A DNA stretch of 64,000 nt from an uncultured Methanosarcinales archaeon (GTDB lineage Archaea > Nanobdellota > Nanobdellia > Woesearchaeales > CAYNLP01). Under the pieces are notes generated by a model, which saw only the letters and a list, made by a program, of their open reading frames with translations, had not been told where the DNA came from and made no database searches. Of this stretch, positions 46,972 through 56,272 are shown one piece after another. The translations under genes and the position numbers were made by a program. The stretch covers positions 1-64,000 of the forward strand of contig CAYNLP010000003.1 of the NCBI GenBank assembly GCA_964398115.1. The letters run 5' to 3'. Position 1 is the first letter of the stretch; each line of letters begins with the position of its first letter.

Positions 46972-49137
46972 TTATCTACTTTCTAATCCTTTCCTATTAC
47001 GGATTTTCTTGATGATTCTTTGTTGCATATCCATGGGTACTTCTTCGTACGTTTGGTCACTTATGTAGAAGTTTCCTCTTCCTCCGGTTGCGCTTCTTAG
47101 CTCGCTTGCTAGCCCAAACATTTCTGCTACGGGTAGTTTGCTTTTAACACTTACTTGTCCTTTGTCTTGTTCCATATCTATTAGTTGGCCTCTCTTGTTG
47201 CTGATTAAGTTGCTGATGTCTCCCATGTATTCACTTGGTGCTTCAAAGTGTACTGTTTGGATTGGTTCTAATATTAGAGGGCTTGAGTTCATTATTGCTC
47301 CTCGGATTGCGTCTCTAACTGCAGGGTTCATCTGTGCTGGTCCTCTGTGAATTGCGTCTTCGTGTAGTTTCAAATCATCTATTGTTACTTTAATTCCATA
47401 TCCTGGTTCGTGAGCTATTGGACCGCTGTCCATAACGTCTTCGAAAGTGTCCATTATCATTTCTATTACTTCTTCCATGTAGATGATTCCTCTGGTGCCG
47501 TCTACGAGGATGTTTCCGTTGTGTATGTCTTTTACTTTTCTTGCTTCGTCACTGTCCATGCCTGCTTCTTCTAAACTTGCCCAGAGGTCTTTGTCCTTCT
47601 TGGTAAATCTTCCTTCAGGGATTTCGTCTTCTTCCATAGCTTCTACTATGCTGTCTTTGAGCGGTTCTACTTTGAAGAAGACTTTGTTGTGTTTGTTCGG
47701 GCTCTTACCCATTACTGCTTGCGGGCTTTCTTTCGTTACAGCTTCTCTATAAACAACGATTGGTGGGCTTGTTTCAATATCCACGCCTTTTTCTTTTCTA
47801 ATTCTGTTTTCCATAATTTCTAAGTGTAGTTCTCCCATTCCGTGCATCAGGTGCTCTCCTGTTTCTTGGTTTATTTCAATCTTCACGCTTGGGTCTTCTT
47901 TACCTACCTGCCTTAATACTTCTACTAGTTTCGGTAGGTCTGCAGGGTTTTTCGCTTCGATTGCTTTTGTAACGACAGGGTCGAATATGTGTTGGATGCT
48001 TTCGAATGGTGTAACTTCTTTTTCACTTACTGTCTCTCCTGGATATGCGTGTTTTAAACCACCAATGCCGAAAATGTTTCCTGCTTTTACTTCGTCTACA
48101 ATTTCTCTCTTATCTCCGTTATAGATATAGATTTGTTGTGCTCTGACGTCTTGATTTGCGTTGTTTAAGTGTAAGTCCATACCTTTTTCCATTGTCCCAC
48201 TGAATAGTCTTCCTGCGCAAATCTCACCTGCTTGCGGGTCTATGGTTATCTTGGTTATTACAAACACGGCGTTTCCGTCAGAGTCACATCCAATTAGTCC
48301 TTTACCTACAGGGCTTTCCTTATCTCCTCTCCAAATTTTTGGAATCCTGTATTCTTGAGCATCAATTGGATTAGGCATATGTCTTACAACCATGTTCAGA
48401 ACTACTTCGTGCAGTGGTGCTCGATTCTTCAATTCTTTCCATTCCTCACCACTGTCATACGCGTCAATTATGTCTCCGAAGGTTATGCCGTGATCTTGCA
48501 TGAATTTCATGCTTAAAGCCCAGTTGTGGAATGCGCTTCCGAAAGCTACACTTCCGTCTTGCACGTTTACTTTCCACTTGTCTTCATATTCTTCTTCCGC
48601 GATTTGTTCGATTAATTTGTTAACGTTCTTTATAGTTTCAACGAATCTTTCTTGCATTTCTTCAGGACTTAACTTCAATTCTTTTATGAGACGATCTACT
48701 TTATTTATAAATAGTACTGGTTTTACTCTTTCTCGAAGTGCTTGTTTAAGTACTGTTTCAGTTTGTGGCATGACGCCTTCTACAGCGTCTACTAAAACCA
48801 CACACCCGTCTACTGCTCTCATAGCTCTGGTAACGTCTCCTCCAAAGTCTACGTGTCCTGGTGTGTCAAGAAGGTTTATTAGATAGTCTTCATCTTCGAC
48901 GTCGTGAACCATGCTTACAGCTGCGGTGTCAATGGTTATTCCTCTTTCTTGCTCATCTTCATGAAAGTCTAGTTCTAGGCTTTGACCGGCGAGATCTTCA
49001 CTCATCATTCCTGCACCGGCGAGTAGGTTATCTGATAATGTTGTCTTTCCGTGATCGATGTGAGCCGCGATTGCAATGTTCCTTACGTTCTCCGGCTTGT
49101 CATATAAATCCTTAACTCTTTCTGTCATCTTTGCCAT
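46972..49137 (-). CDS. fusA: Elongation factor 2
   Basis: AHIDHGKTT, DTPGHVDF, NKVD, diphthamide loop HEDAIHRG. Confidence 0.98.
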   Translation of the reverse strand: MAKMTERVKDLYDKPENVRNIAIAAHIDHGKTTLSDNLLAGAGMMSEDLAGQSLELDFHEDEQERGITIDTAAVSMVHDVEDEDYLINLLDTPGHVDFGGDVTRAMRAVDGCVVLVDAVEGVMPQTETVLKQALRERVKPVLFINKVDRLIKELKLSPEEMQERFVETIKNVNKLIEQIAEEEYEDKWKVNVQDGSVAFGSAFHNWALSMKFMQDHGITFGDIIDAYDSGEEWKELKNRAPLHEVVLNMVVRHMPNPIDAQEYRIPKIWRGDKESPVGKGLIGCDSDGNAVFVITKITIDPQAGEICAGRLFSGTMEKGMDLHLNNANQDVRAQQIYIYNGDKREIVDEVKAGNIFGIGGLKHAYPGETVSEKEVTPFESIQHIFDPVVTKAIEAKNPADLPKLVEVLRQVGKEDPSVKIEINQETGEHLMHGMGELHLEIMENRIRKEKGVDIETSPPIVVYREAVTKESPQAVMGKSPNKHNKVFFKVEPLKDSIVEAMEEDEIPEGRFTKKDKDLWASLEEAGMDSDEARKVKDIHNGNILVDGTRGIIYMEEVIEMIMDTFEDVMDSGPIAHEPGYGIKVTIDDLKLHEDAIHRGPAQMNPAVRDAIRGAIMNSSPLILEPIQTVHFEAPSEYMGDISNLISNKRGQLIDMEQDKGQVSVKSKLPVAEMFGLASELRSATGGRGNFYISDQTYEEVPMDMQQRIIKKIRNRKGLESR

Positions 49138-49195
49138 TTTTTGTTCACCTTAAAGTTTTCATAATCGAATGCGGTTTTAATTTTTTATTTAAAGT

Positions 49196-49699
49196 TTACT
49201 CCTCTCCGTAATGATCGAGTTCGTCTGCTCTTTTGTAACCGTGGATTTCATCTTCTTCAAACCAAAGGTCAACTTCTTGTTTTGCTTCTTCTGGAGTCGC
49301 GCTTGCATGGACCACGTTCCTGACTGCCATTCCACGGTCATCTGCCAGGTCATAACTGTGGTGTGCGTAGTCCCCTCTTATCGTACCAGGCGTGGCGCTT
49401 TTTGGTTCTGTTTCTCCGCACATTTTCCTTACGACTTCAACAGCTTCTACCCCTTCTAAAACAGCTGCGACGACAGGTCCTTCTTGTATGAATTCTAAGA
49501 GGTTTTGCCAGATTTCTTCACCGTGTCTCGCCGCTATGTCGTCATAACGGTAGTGTTTCTTAGCAAAGTCTTCATCGAGCCAAACCATCTTCATCCCTAC
49601 GATTTTCATCCCTACGTCTTCAAACCTGTTTAGAATTTCTCCAGTTAACCCTCTTCTTACACCATCTGGTTTGATTAGGACTAGAGTTCTTTGTATCAT
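49196..49699 (-). CDS. ndk: Nucleoside diphosphate kinase
   Basis: IKPDG, PGTIRGD, NVVHAS. Confidence 0.97.
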   Translation of the reverse strand: MIQRTLVLIKPDGVRRGLTGEILNRFEDVGMKIVGMKMVWLDEDFAKKHYRYDDIAARHGEEIWQNLLEFIQEGPVVAAVLEGVEAVEVVRKMCGETEPKSATPGTIRGDYAHHSYDLADDRGMAVRNVVHASATPEEAKQEVDLWFEEDEIHGYKRADELDHYGEE

Positions 49700-49890
49700 T
49701 ATGCTTTCTTACCTTCTTTGATCATATGGTATTCTTTAGTCCACTTTGTAGTTCGTGGTTTCCTATCTAGTTTTAGCATGTTTTTCTCACATTTGCTACT
49801 GCAGAAATCCATTATACTTCCTGATTTAGTTACTAGCTTCTTTCCTGTTCCGGGTTCAATTTCTTCTTTGCAAAAGTCGCATACAGCCAT
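49699..49890 (-). CDS. rpl24e: 50S ribosomal protein eL24
   Basis: CDFC...IEPGTG...FCSSKC. Confidence 0.96.
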   Translation of the reverse strand: MAVCDFCKEEIEPGTGKKLVTKSGSIMDFCSSKCEKNMLKLDRKPRTTKWTKEYHMIKEGKKA

Positions 49891-49893
49891 TTT

Positions 49894-50133
49894 TTATCTA
49901 CCTCTTCCTCCTCTACTTAACGGTCTTGCTTCGATGTCGGTTTCTCGAAGCATTAAGGTGTCTCCTACCCTTACAGGTCCTCGAACGTTTCTTCGGATTG
50001 TTTTGTTCTTATCTTTTCCTTCTAATATTTTGCACCTGACTTGAGTGGCTTCTCCTTTAGTTCCTGTTCTTCCTACTACTTCTTCCACTTTTGCTGGTAC
50101 TGCTTCCGAAAATGGATCTTCTTGATCTGCCAT
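49894..50133 (-). CDS. rps28e: 30S ribosomal protein eS28
   Basis: GRTG...[11 protein letters not shown]...E. Confidence 0.96.
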   Translation of the reverse strand: MADQEDPFSEAVPAKVEEVVGRTGTKGEATQVRCKILEGKDKNKTIRRNVRGPVRVGDTLMLRETDIEARPLSRGGRGR

Positions 50134-50137
50134 TTTT

Positions 50138-50440
50138 TTACAGTTTCTTCATAACGTCTGCAGCTTCGCCAGGTTCTGTTATCGCAACGCTTGCTGTTGC
50201 GACGTTCAAGCCTGCAGCTGCTCCCAATTCTTCTTTGCTGGAGACTGTTACGTGTTTCACATCTTTTTCTTCGCAAAGTAGTGGTAAGTGCATAACTACT
50301 TCTTCTGGTTCTACGTCATCTGCAGAGACTACTAGCTTTGCTTCTCCTCTTTCAATGGCGTTTGTAGTTTCGTTTGTTCCTTTTCTAATCTCGCCTGTTT
50401 TCCTTGCGAGTTCAACTGCTTCATATGCTTGATCACTCAT
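50138..50440 (-). CDS. rpl7ae: Ribosomal protein L7Ae (K-turn binding)
   Basis: [31 protein letters not shown]. Confidence 0.96.
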   Translation of the reverse strand: MSDQAYEAVELARKTGEIRKGTNETTNAIERGEAKLVVSADDVEPEEVVMHLPLLCEEKDVKHVTVSSKEELGAAAGLNVATASVAITEPGEAADVMKKL

Positions 50441-50544
50441 TTTCTGTTTAACCTCCTGGTAACGAGAATGTGTTACCTCTTTCCACCCTCTCGGGCTTCA
50501 TCATTCATCGGTATTTTGGGAGAAAAAGAACCTATTTAAAAAGG

Positions 50545-51258
50545 TTACGGTCTGTTATAGACAGAATTTTGAACTTGATCATTTATTTCCTTGTACTTTT
50601 GCAATCTAGGCAGGGCAAAGTCCTCAACATACAAATCTGCAATTTTATCCACGGTTCCTTTCATAAGTGGTTCCATAGTTTTAGATGTTACGTATCCAGT
50701 GGCTACCGCTGCTAAAGCACTCTCCACTAAATCGTTTCCAATCCAAATTCCAAGCATTCCTCCAGCAACTCCTAGGAAGCCACCTCCAAAAATTTTTCCT
50801 GCACTGTATCTCAAATCACGCCAATCTTCTCCCAGTGAATCTACAGTATCTTTACTTCTTACAGATTCAAATAATCTTTCTTCTTCATTTTCTACTAAGT
50901 TTTCAAGTCCATCAGCAAAAACGGTTTGACTTTCTACACTTCCTCGAACATTTATCTCAGGCTCGTTCAATCCTGGGATATATTTACCTAAAGCGGATTT
51001 AATCATTATCTCATCCAAGCACCATCTATAATCTTCGATAGCACTATCAGATAAACTCTCAGGATTTACGTCGTGTTCAGAAATGAATTCATCTGCGTCA
51101 ATTTCTGTTTGGATTCCAGAATCTATATACATGCGAAGCGTTTGAGTATTTACACTGGCCGAAGATTTCAAATTCTTTAATAACCCGCCGTATTCTCTAG
51201 ATAATTCTCCTCTTTCTGAATTTGGTATGTATCGCATCCTCCCCTCCACTCTCTTCAA
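50545..51258 (-). CDS. Hypothetical protein with a Gly-rich hydrophobic hairpin
   Basis: GGGFLGVAGGMLGIWIG; start uncertain. Confidence 0.6.
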   Translation of the reverse strand: MKRVEGRMRYIPNSERGELSREYGGLLKNLKSSASVNTQTLRMYIDSGIQTEIDADEFISEHDVNPESLSDSAIEDYRWCLDEIMIKSALGKYIPGLNEPEINVRGSVESQTVFADGLENLVENEEERLFESVRSKDTVDSLGEDWRDLRYSAGKIFGGGFLGVAGGMLGIWIGNDLVESALAAVATGYVTSKTMEPLMKGTVDKIADLYVEDFALPRLQKYKEINDQVQNSVYNRP

Positions 51259-51329
51259 ACAAACGCGTTTAGTTATAAAATTTTCTATATCGGTGTATTT
51301 ATATAGAAGTGTTTAAATTTTCAAATAAA

Positions 51330-52190
51330 ATGCTGTTATTTTCGAAAATAATGGGAGGATTGGCACTTTTCTTTGCTATGTTGGAAGATTTAAGGACGAG
51401 AGAAGTGCCTGATTGGATAAGCTTTGGTCTTATTTTCATATCTTTGGGTACCGCGGCTATCTTCTCAATACATCTAGAGGATTATTCTTATATTGTGAAA
51501 AGCGTTAGTGGATTAATTATTTGTGTAGGTATTGCTTACTTAATGTATTACACAGCCCAATGGGGCGGGGGTGATTCAAAACTTTTAATGGCGATGGGAG
51601 CGTTGTTCGGCATCGACATTTTCAATCTTACGAGGGTACCAAACTTGATTATCCTTCTAATTAACATTGCAATCATAGGAGCTATTTACGGAATTTCATG
51701 GAGTTTGTATGCTGCTTTGAGGAATTGGCAAAGTTTCAAGCAAAGTTTCAAAGAAAAAATTTATAGTGATCGTTTCAAGAAAATCCGCAAATACAATATT
51801 ATAATTGTCATCCTATTCTTAGTAGCGTTGTTTTTCGTTCCTTTCTCCTTCAAAGCCTTATTGGTGGCAGTTATCTTATTCTTGTATGTAACACTCTACC
51901 TTTGGGCTTTCATAAGAAGTGTTGAAGAAAGTTGTATGATAGTTGAAAGAAAAGTTGAAGATCTTGTCCCAGGAGATTGGATAGCGGAAGAAGTAAAGAT
52001 TGATGGTGAACACGTCATCGGAGTTGAAGATCTCGGTATTAGCGAAAAGCAAATTAAGAAAATCAAGGATAGTGATTTAGAAAAAGTTGTTGTTAGAGAA
52101 GGAGTTCCTTTCGTTCCAAGCTTCTTCATAGGTTACACACTCACTTTATGGATTGGAAACTGGATTGCTTTACTAGGGCAACCTCTCTAA
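51330..52190 (+). CDS. A24 prepilin/preflagellin peptidase
   Basis: EDLRTREVPD, WGGGDSK, PFVPSF; multiple TM segments. Confidence 0.9.
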   Translation: MLLFSKIMGGLALFFAMLEDLRTREVPDWISFGLIFISLGTAAIFSIHLEDYSYIVKSVSGLIICVGIAYLMYYTAQWGGGDSKLLMAMGALFGIDIFNLTRVPNLIILLINIAIIGAIYGISWSLYAALRNWQSFKQSFKEKIYSDRFKKIRKYNIIIVILFLVALFFVPFSFKALLVAVILFLYVTLYLWAFIRSVEESCMIVERKVEDLVPGDWIAEEVKIDGEHVIGVEDLGISEKQIKKIKDSDLEKVVVREGVPFVPSFFIGYTLTLWIGNWIALLGQPL

Positions 52191-52685
52191 ATGCTTAGTA
52201 AGATAGTTTTCTTCATCTCCTTCAACTTTTTCTTTCTCACTGGTCTTAACAGGTCTCTTGGGTTTTTTATCTTCACTGTGCCCTATCAAGTCTGCCTGGT
52301 CTTTAATACTCTTCTGAGCTTGTTCTAACACGCCGTCGTCAGCTCTCTCAGCATCCCATTCTAATCTTAAGTTGTCACTTTCCGATCTTGTAACCACGTC
52401 CATGTGTAAGTGACTATCAAACATGTCTCCCTCATTAACTATAATATTAGTCCCTTCTGCCCCTAATTGTTCAAACAAAATGCTAGCGACGACGTTACCC
52501 ACTTGGAACATGTGCTGTACCGCTTCATGAGTTAAATCATCAAAACTTTCTGCGTGTTCCTTACTATAAACACGAACGTGGCCTTTAGTTGCGGGCTTAG
52601 CTGGTAAAACCACATGCGCATGAGGATCGGTATATATTATCATACCCTCTCTTTCCTCAATGCTATTACAAACTTGACAATTCAT
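52173..52685 (-). CDS. HIT-like protein with variant motif HLHMD
   Basis: CQVC, PATKGHV, GTNIIVN, SHLHMDVV. Confidence 0.8.
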   Translation of the reverse strand: MNCQVCNSIEEREGMIIYTDPHAHVVLPAKPATKGHVRVYSKEHAESFDDLTHEAVQHMFQVGNVVASILFEQLGAEGTNIIVNEGDMFDSHLHMDVVTRSESDNLRLEWDAERADDGVLEQAQKSIKDQADLIGHSEDKKPKRPVKTSEKEKVEGDEENYLTKHLERLP

Positions 52686-53476
52686 TTGAACAACCTCGAG
52701 ACTTTATCTAAGTCAGCATCTTCAGAATTTTCTAATTCGTCCTCAGACTTGATATCATCATCTTCGTCAGCCATTTCTTTCTTATTTACTTCTTGTAATT
52801 GAGAGCTTAATTCATCAATATTTATATCTTGAAATACTTGTTTAAGTTGAGGATTCTCCTCTATTAATTGTTTGAACTTTTCAGGTTTTTCTGCAATTAA
52901 CTTCCTAACTTCAGGGTTCTCTTCTAAAACCATTGCAAGCTGTTCTTTAGCCTTTTCTCCACTTTCTTGGTCTGGCATTTTTCCTTCTTGTGCTAGTAAA
53001 GCTTGCATAGCCTGCCCTACTCCTTTTTGTAAGGGTTCTAACAATTGTGATTGATCTACACTTTTTTCTGCGAGCGTGAATTGATCTAAGCCATCACCAC
53101 TATCCCTAGGTATTATGTGAAACAAGAAATGGGGGGATTGTTGCCCTGCTACTGCACCGTTTGCCATGAAGACTGTCGTTCCTAAGCTAGGCAGTCCTTT
53201 TCTTATAGAAGCGCACAAATCCTTGGTTAGTTTAAACATGTGTTTAGAAGTTTCTTGTGGGATGACAGGAAGAACAGGATAATGTTCTTTCGGTAATACT
53301 AAAATGTGGCCTTTCGTTGCCGGTCTTATATCCATTATGGACAGTATTTTATCATCTTCATACACTTTTTTGCTGGGAACTTCTCCATTTACTATCTTGC
53401 AGAATATACAATTTTTCTTCTGCAATTCAGCTATTTCCTCTTCACTCATGTTAGAAAGTTCTTCTTCCGTTACCAT
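52682..53476 (-). CDS. HIT-like protein (variant HFLFH) with STI1-like helical C-terminus
   Basis: CIFCKI, PATKGHILVLPK, GAVAGQQSPHFLFHIIPR; EENPEV/EENPQL repeats. Confidence 0.85.
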   Translation of the reverse strand: MVTEEELSNMSEEEIAELQKKNCIFCKIVNGEVPSKKVYEDDKILSIMDIRPATKGHILVLPKEHYPVLPVIPQETSKHMFKLTKDLCASIRKGLPSLGTTVFMANGAVAGQQSPHFLFHIIPRDSGDGLDQFTLAEKSVDQSQLLEPLQKGVGQAMQALLAQEGKMPDQESGEKAKEQLAMVLEENPEVRKLIAEKPEKFKQLIEENPQLKQVFQDINIDELSSQLQEVNKKEMADEDDDIKSEDELENSEDADLDKVSRLFK

Positions 53477-53557
53477 GTCTTTTAAAGACACGAGTTTTTG
53501 TTTATAAAATTATCGAGAAGAAAGTTTTTAAACGAGTCCTTAATCTTTCATATTTGT

Positions 53558-56236
53558 ATGAACCTTAAGGACTTGGGGAAATGGTTGGTTGGAATAATCT
53601 TTGTTGCAGTGATTTTCTTATCTAGTTTTTCAAACCTACTTGGTAACTTTTGGTGGTTTGAAGCGCTCAATTATCAGAATGTTTTTATAAGAATTCTTTC
53701 TTACAAAGTAGGTGCTTTCTTAGTAGCATCTTTGCTTTCAGGACTGATCCTAACAGTGGGTTATAGGTGGACTATTCATAATATAAGAAAAGATAAACAG
53801 TACGTGGATAGCAAGTGGCCTTACCTAACAATTGCTTTAGCTTCCGTCGTTATAGGTTTTTCTTTCACCGGCGCGTGGGATGTCATACTTAAATTCTTAC
53901 ACACTACTCCTTTCAACGTCGCCGATCCCGTATTTGCACAAGACGTAGCATTCTACACTTTTGAACTACCTTTCTACAAAACAGTAGTTAGTTTCTTAAC
54001 CACTACTTTCATATTATCCCTGCTGACATCTCTCTTCCTATACGGAGCTTACTTTGCCAGTGAAGAATATGAAGAAATTGAACCCTTAACAGGACGGAAA
54101 ATGCAGGGTAAAAATTTCAACTTCAGCAACTTCATGGATAAAATAAGTGAATATGCTAACGTGCATTTAAGCTTATTCCTTGCTTTCATATTTTTAACAA
54201 TTGCAGCCAACGTGTTTTTCTCTAGGTTTGACTTATTATATTCAGAAATGGGTGCAGTTTTCGGTATAGGTTTTACCGAAATGAACGTTACACTATTGGT
54301 ATTGTTAATAATTTCCATAGTGGCTTTGATAGGAGCAGTTGGTTTATTCGCTAATGCTTGGTTGAAGAAGAAATGGATGATTTGGGGAACTGTATTGACC
54401 TTAGTAGTGATAGCAATTATTGGAAACATCGCTAGCTGGGGTGTGCAAAGTTTAGTAGTAGAACCGGACGAGTTTAACAAGGAAAAACCGTTTATTGAAA
54501 ACGAGATTGAGTTCACAAGGAAAGCTTACAATTTGAATAAAGTTGCGGAGGAGCAATTCCCTGTATCACCTAATTTGACAAAAGAGGAGATTAACGCCAA
54601 TCCTGAAACTATAGAAAATGTGCGTTTATGGGATTGGAGACCATTGTTAAAAACTTATAACGAATTACAAATTTTCAGAACTTACTACAATTTTAACGAT
54701 GTGGATGTAGATCGTTATCCAATTAATAATAAAGAAACTCAGGTGATGGTTAGCGCTAGAGAGATAGATCTTGATCAACTACCTCCTCAATCTCAAAGTT
54801 GGGTTAATAAACACTTGGTATACACTCACGGTTACGGTTTGACAATGAGTCCTGTGAGAGAAGTGAGCAAAGAAGGATTACCCGAGTTGATAGTGAAGGA
54901 TATTCCTCCAAAAAGCAAGCATATTAATATTGAACAGCCCAGAATTTACTATGGTGAAAACACTCACACTTACAATATTGTAAACACACAAACTCAAGAA
55001 CTTGATTATCCCAGTGGTGAAAGAAACGTTTACACCAATTACGAAGGAGAGGGGGGAGTAGAACTTTCTCTTTTCAGAAGACTAGTTTACGCAATTGCAT
55101 TTGGCGATCCTCAAATATTTTTCTCAGGGAGTATAACACCTGATAGTCAATTGCAATTCCATAGGAGTATTCAAGATAGAGTTCGAACGTTAGCTCCATT
55201 CCTAAAATACGATGCTGACCCTTATATTGCAGTAGCAGATGGAGAAATGTACTGGATTTACGACGCTTACACCACTACCGACAAGTATCCTTACAGCAAA
55301 AAGATGAATTTCAAAGATGAAAGAATAAATTACATCAGAAATAGTGTAAAGGTTGTTGTAAATGCCTACAGTGGGGAGACAAACTTCTATGTGAGTAACG
55401 AAGAAGATCCAATCATACAAACATACCGAGATATATTCCCCTCCCTGTTCAAAGATTTCTCGCAAATGAGTGAAAGTTTGAAAGAACATATCCGATATCC
55501 GGAAGATATTTTCCGAGCACAATCCAAAATGTACTTGGATTATCACATGCGAGATCCAAACGTTTTCTATAACAAAGAAGATAGTTGGAGGATTCCAAAC
55601 GAAGTATTGAGAGGTAGAAACACTGAAATGGAACCTTACTATATCATTATGAAACTTCCTCAAGAAGATGAAGCTGAATTCATGCAGATACTTCCATTCA
55701 TCCCAAGGGGTAAAGAGAACATGATTGGTTGGATGGCTGCTAGAAGCGACCCTCCTAACTATGGAGAGTTAAAATCTTACTTGTTCAGCAAGCAAGAACT
55801 CATATTTGGACCGATGCAGATAGAATCCAGAATTGATCAAGACACGGAAATAAGTCAACGAATAACCTTGTGGTCTCAAAGCGGCTCCAGTGTGTTCAGA
55901 GGAAACTTATTACCAATACCAATTGAAGACACCATATTATATGTGGAGCCATTATTCCTGCAAAGCCGGGGTGAAGGTTCATTGCCGGAGTTGAAACGTG
56001 TAATAGTAGCGCAAGGAGATAGACTCACCATGCAACCCACTTTAGATGAAGGCTTAAATGCTCTATACGGCGAAGTTAACCAAACACCTGTACAACCTCA
56101 ACCACCAGTTCAAGATAGGAATATGAGTCGTTTGAGACAATTATATAATGAAGCTTCTTCCGCTCTCCAGAGAGGAGATCTAGCAACGTATGCAGAGAAA
56201 GTACGACATATTGGTCAAGAAATAGGTGCTGAATAA
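53558..56236 (+). CDS. UPF0182-family membrane protein
   Basis: DPVFAQDVAFYTFELP, NVRLWD, DVDVDRY, YTHGYG, NYIRNSVK, LPELKRVIV. Confidence 0.93.
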   Translation: MNLKDLGKWLVGIIFVAVIFLSSFSNLLGNFWWFEALNYQNVFIRILSYKVGAFLVASLLSGLILTVGYRWTIHNIRKDKQYVDSKWPYLTIALASVVIGFSFTGAWDVILKFLHTTPFNVADPVFAQDVAFYTFELPFYKTVVSFLTTTFILSLLTSLFLYGAYFASEEYEEIEPLTGRKMQGKNFNFSNFMDKISEYANVHLSLFLAFIFLTIAANVFFSRFDLLYSEMGAVFGIGFTEMNVTLLVLLIISIVALIGAVGLFANAWLKKKWMIWGTVLTLVVIAIIGNIASWGVQSLVVEPDEFNKEKPFIENEIEFTRKAYNLNKVAEEQFPVSPNLTKEEINANPETIENVRLWDWRPLLKTYNELQIFRTYYNFNDVDVDRYPINNKETQVMVSAREIDLDQLPPQSQSWVNKHLVYTHGYGLTMSPVREVSKEGLPELIVKDIPPKSKHINIEQPRIYYGENTHTYNIVNTQTQELDYPSGERNVYTNYEGEGGVELSLFRRLVYAIAFGDPQIFFSGSITPDSQLQFHRSIQDRVRTLAPFLKYDADPYIAVADGEMYWIYDAYTTTDKYPYSKKMNFKDERINYIRNSVKVVVNAYSGETNFYVSNEEDPIIQTYRDIFPSLFKDFSQMSESLKEHIRYPEDIFRAQSKMYLDYHMRDPNVFYNKEDSWRIPNEVLRGRNTEMEPYYIIMKLPQEDEAEFMQILPFIPRGKENMIGWMAARSDPPNYGELKSYLFSKQELIFGPMQIESRIDQDTEISQRITLWSQSGSSVFRGNLLPIPIEDTILYVEPLFLQSRGEGSLPELKRVIVAQGDRLTMQPTLDEGLNALYGEVNQTPVQPQPPVQDRNMSRLRQLYNEASSALQRGDLATYAEKVRHIGQEIGAE

Positions 56237-56272
56237 CATTTATATAGTACCGGTAGTAAAAAAACCTTGTAG

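Noticed and set aside
46972..49137. Possible loss of the diphthamide site in EF-2
   Set aside because: Canonical HEDAIHRG is present
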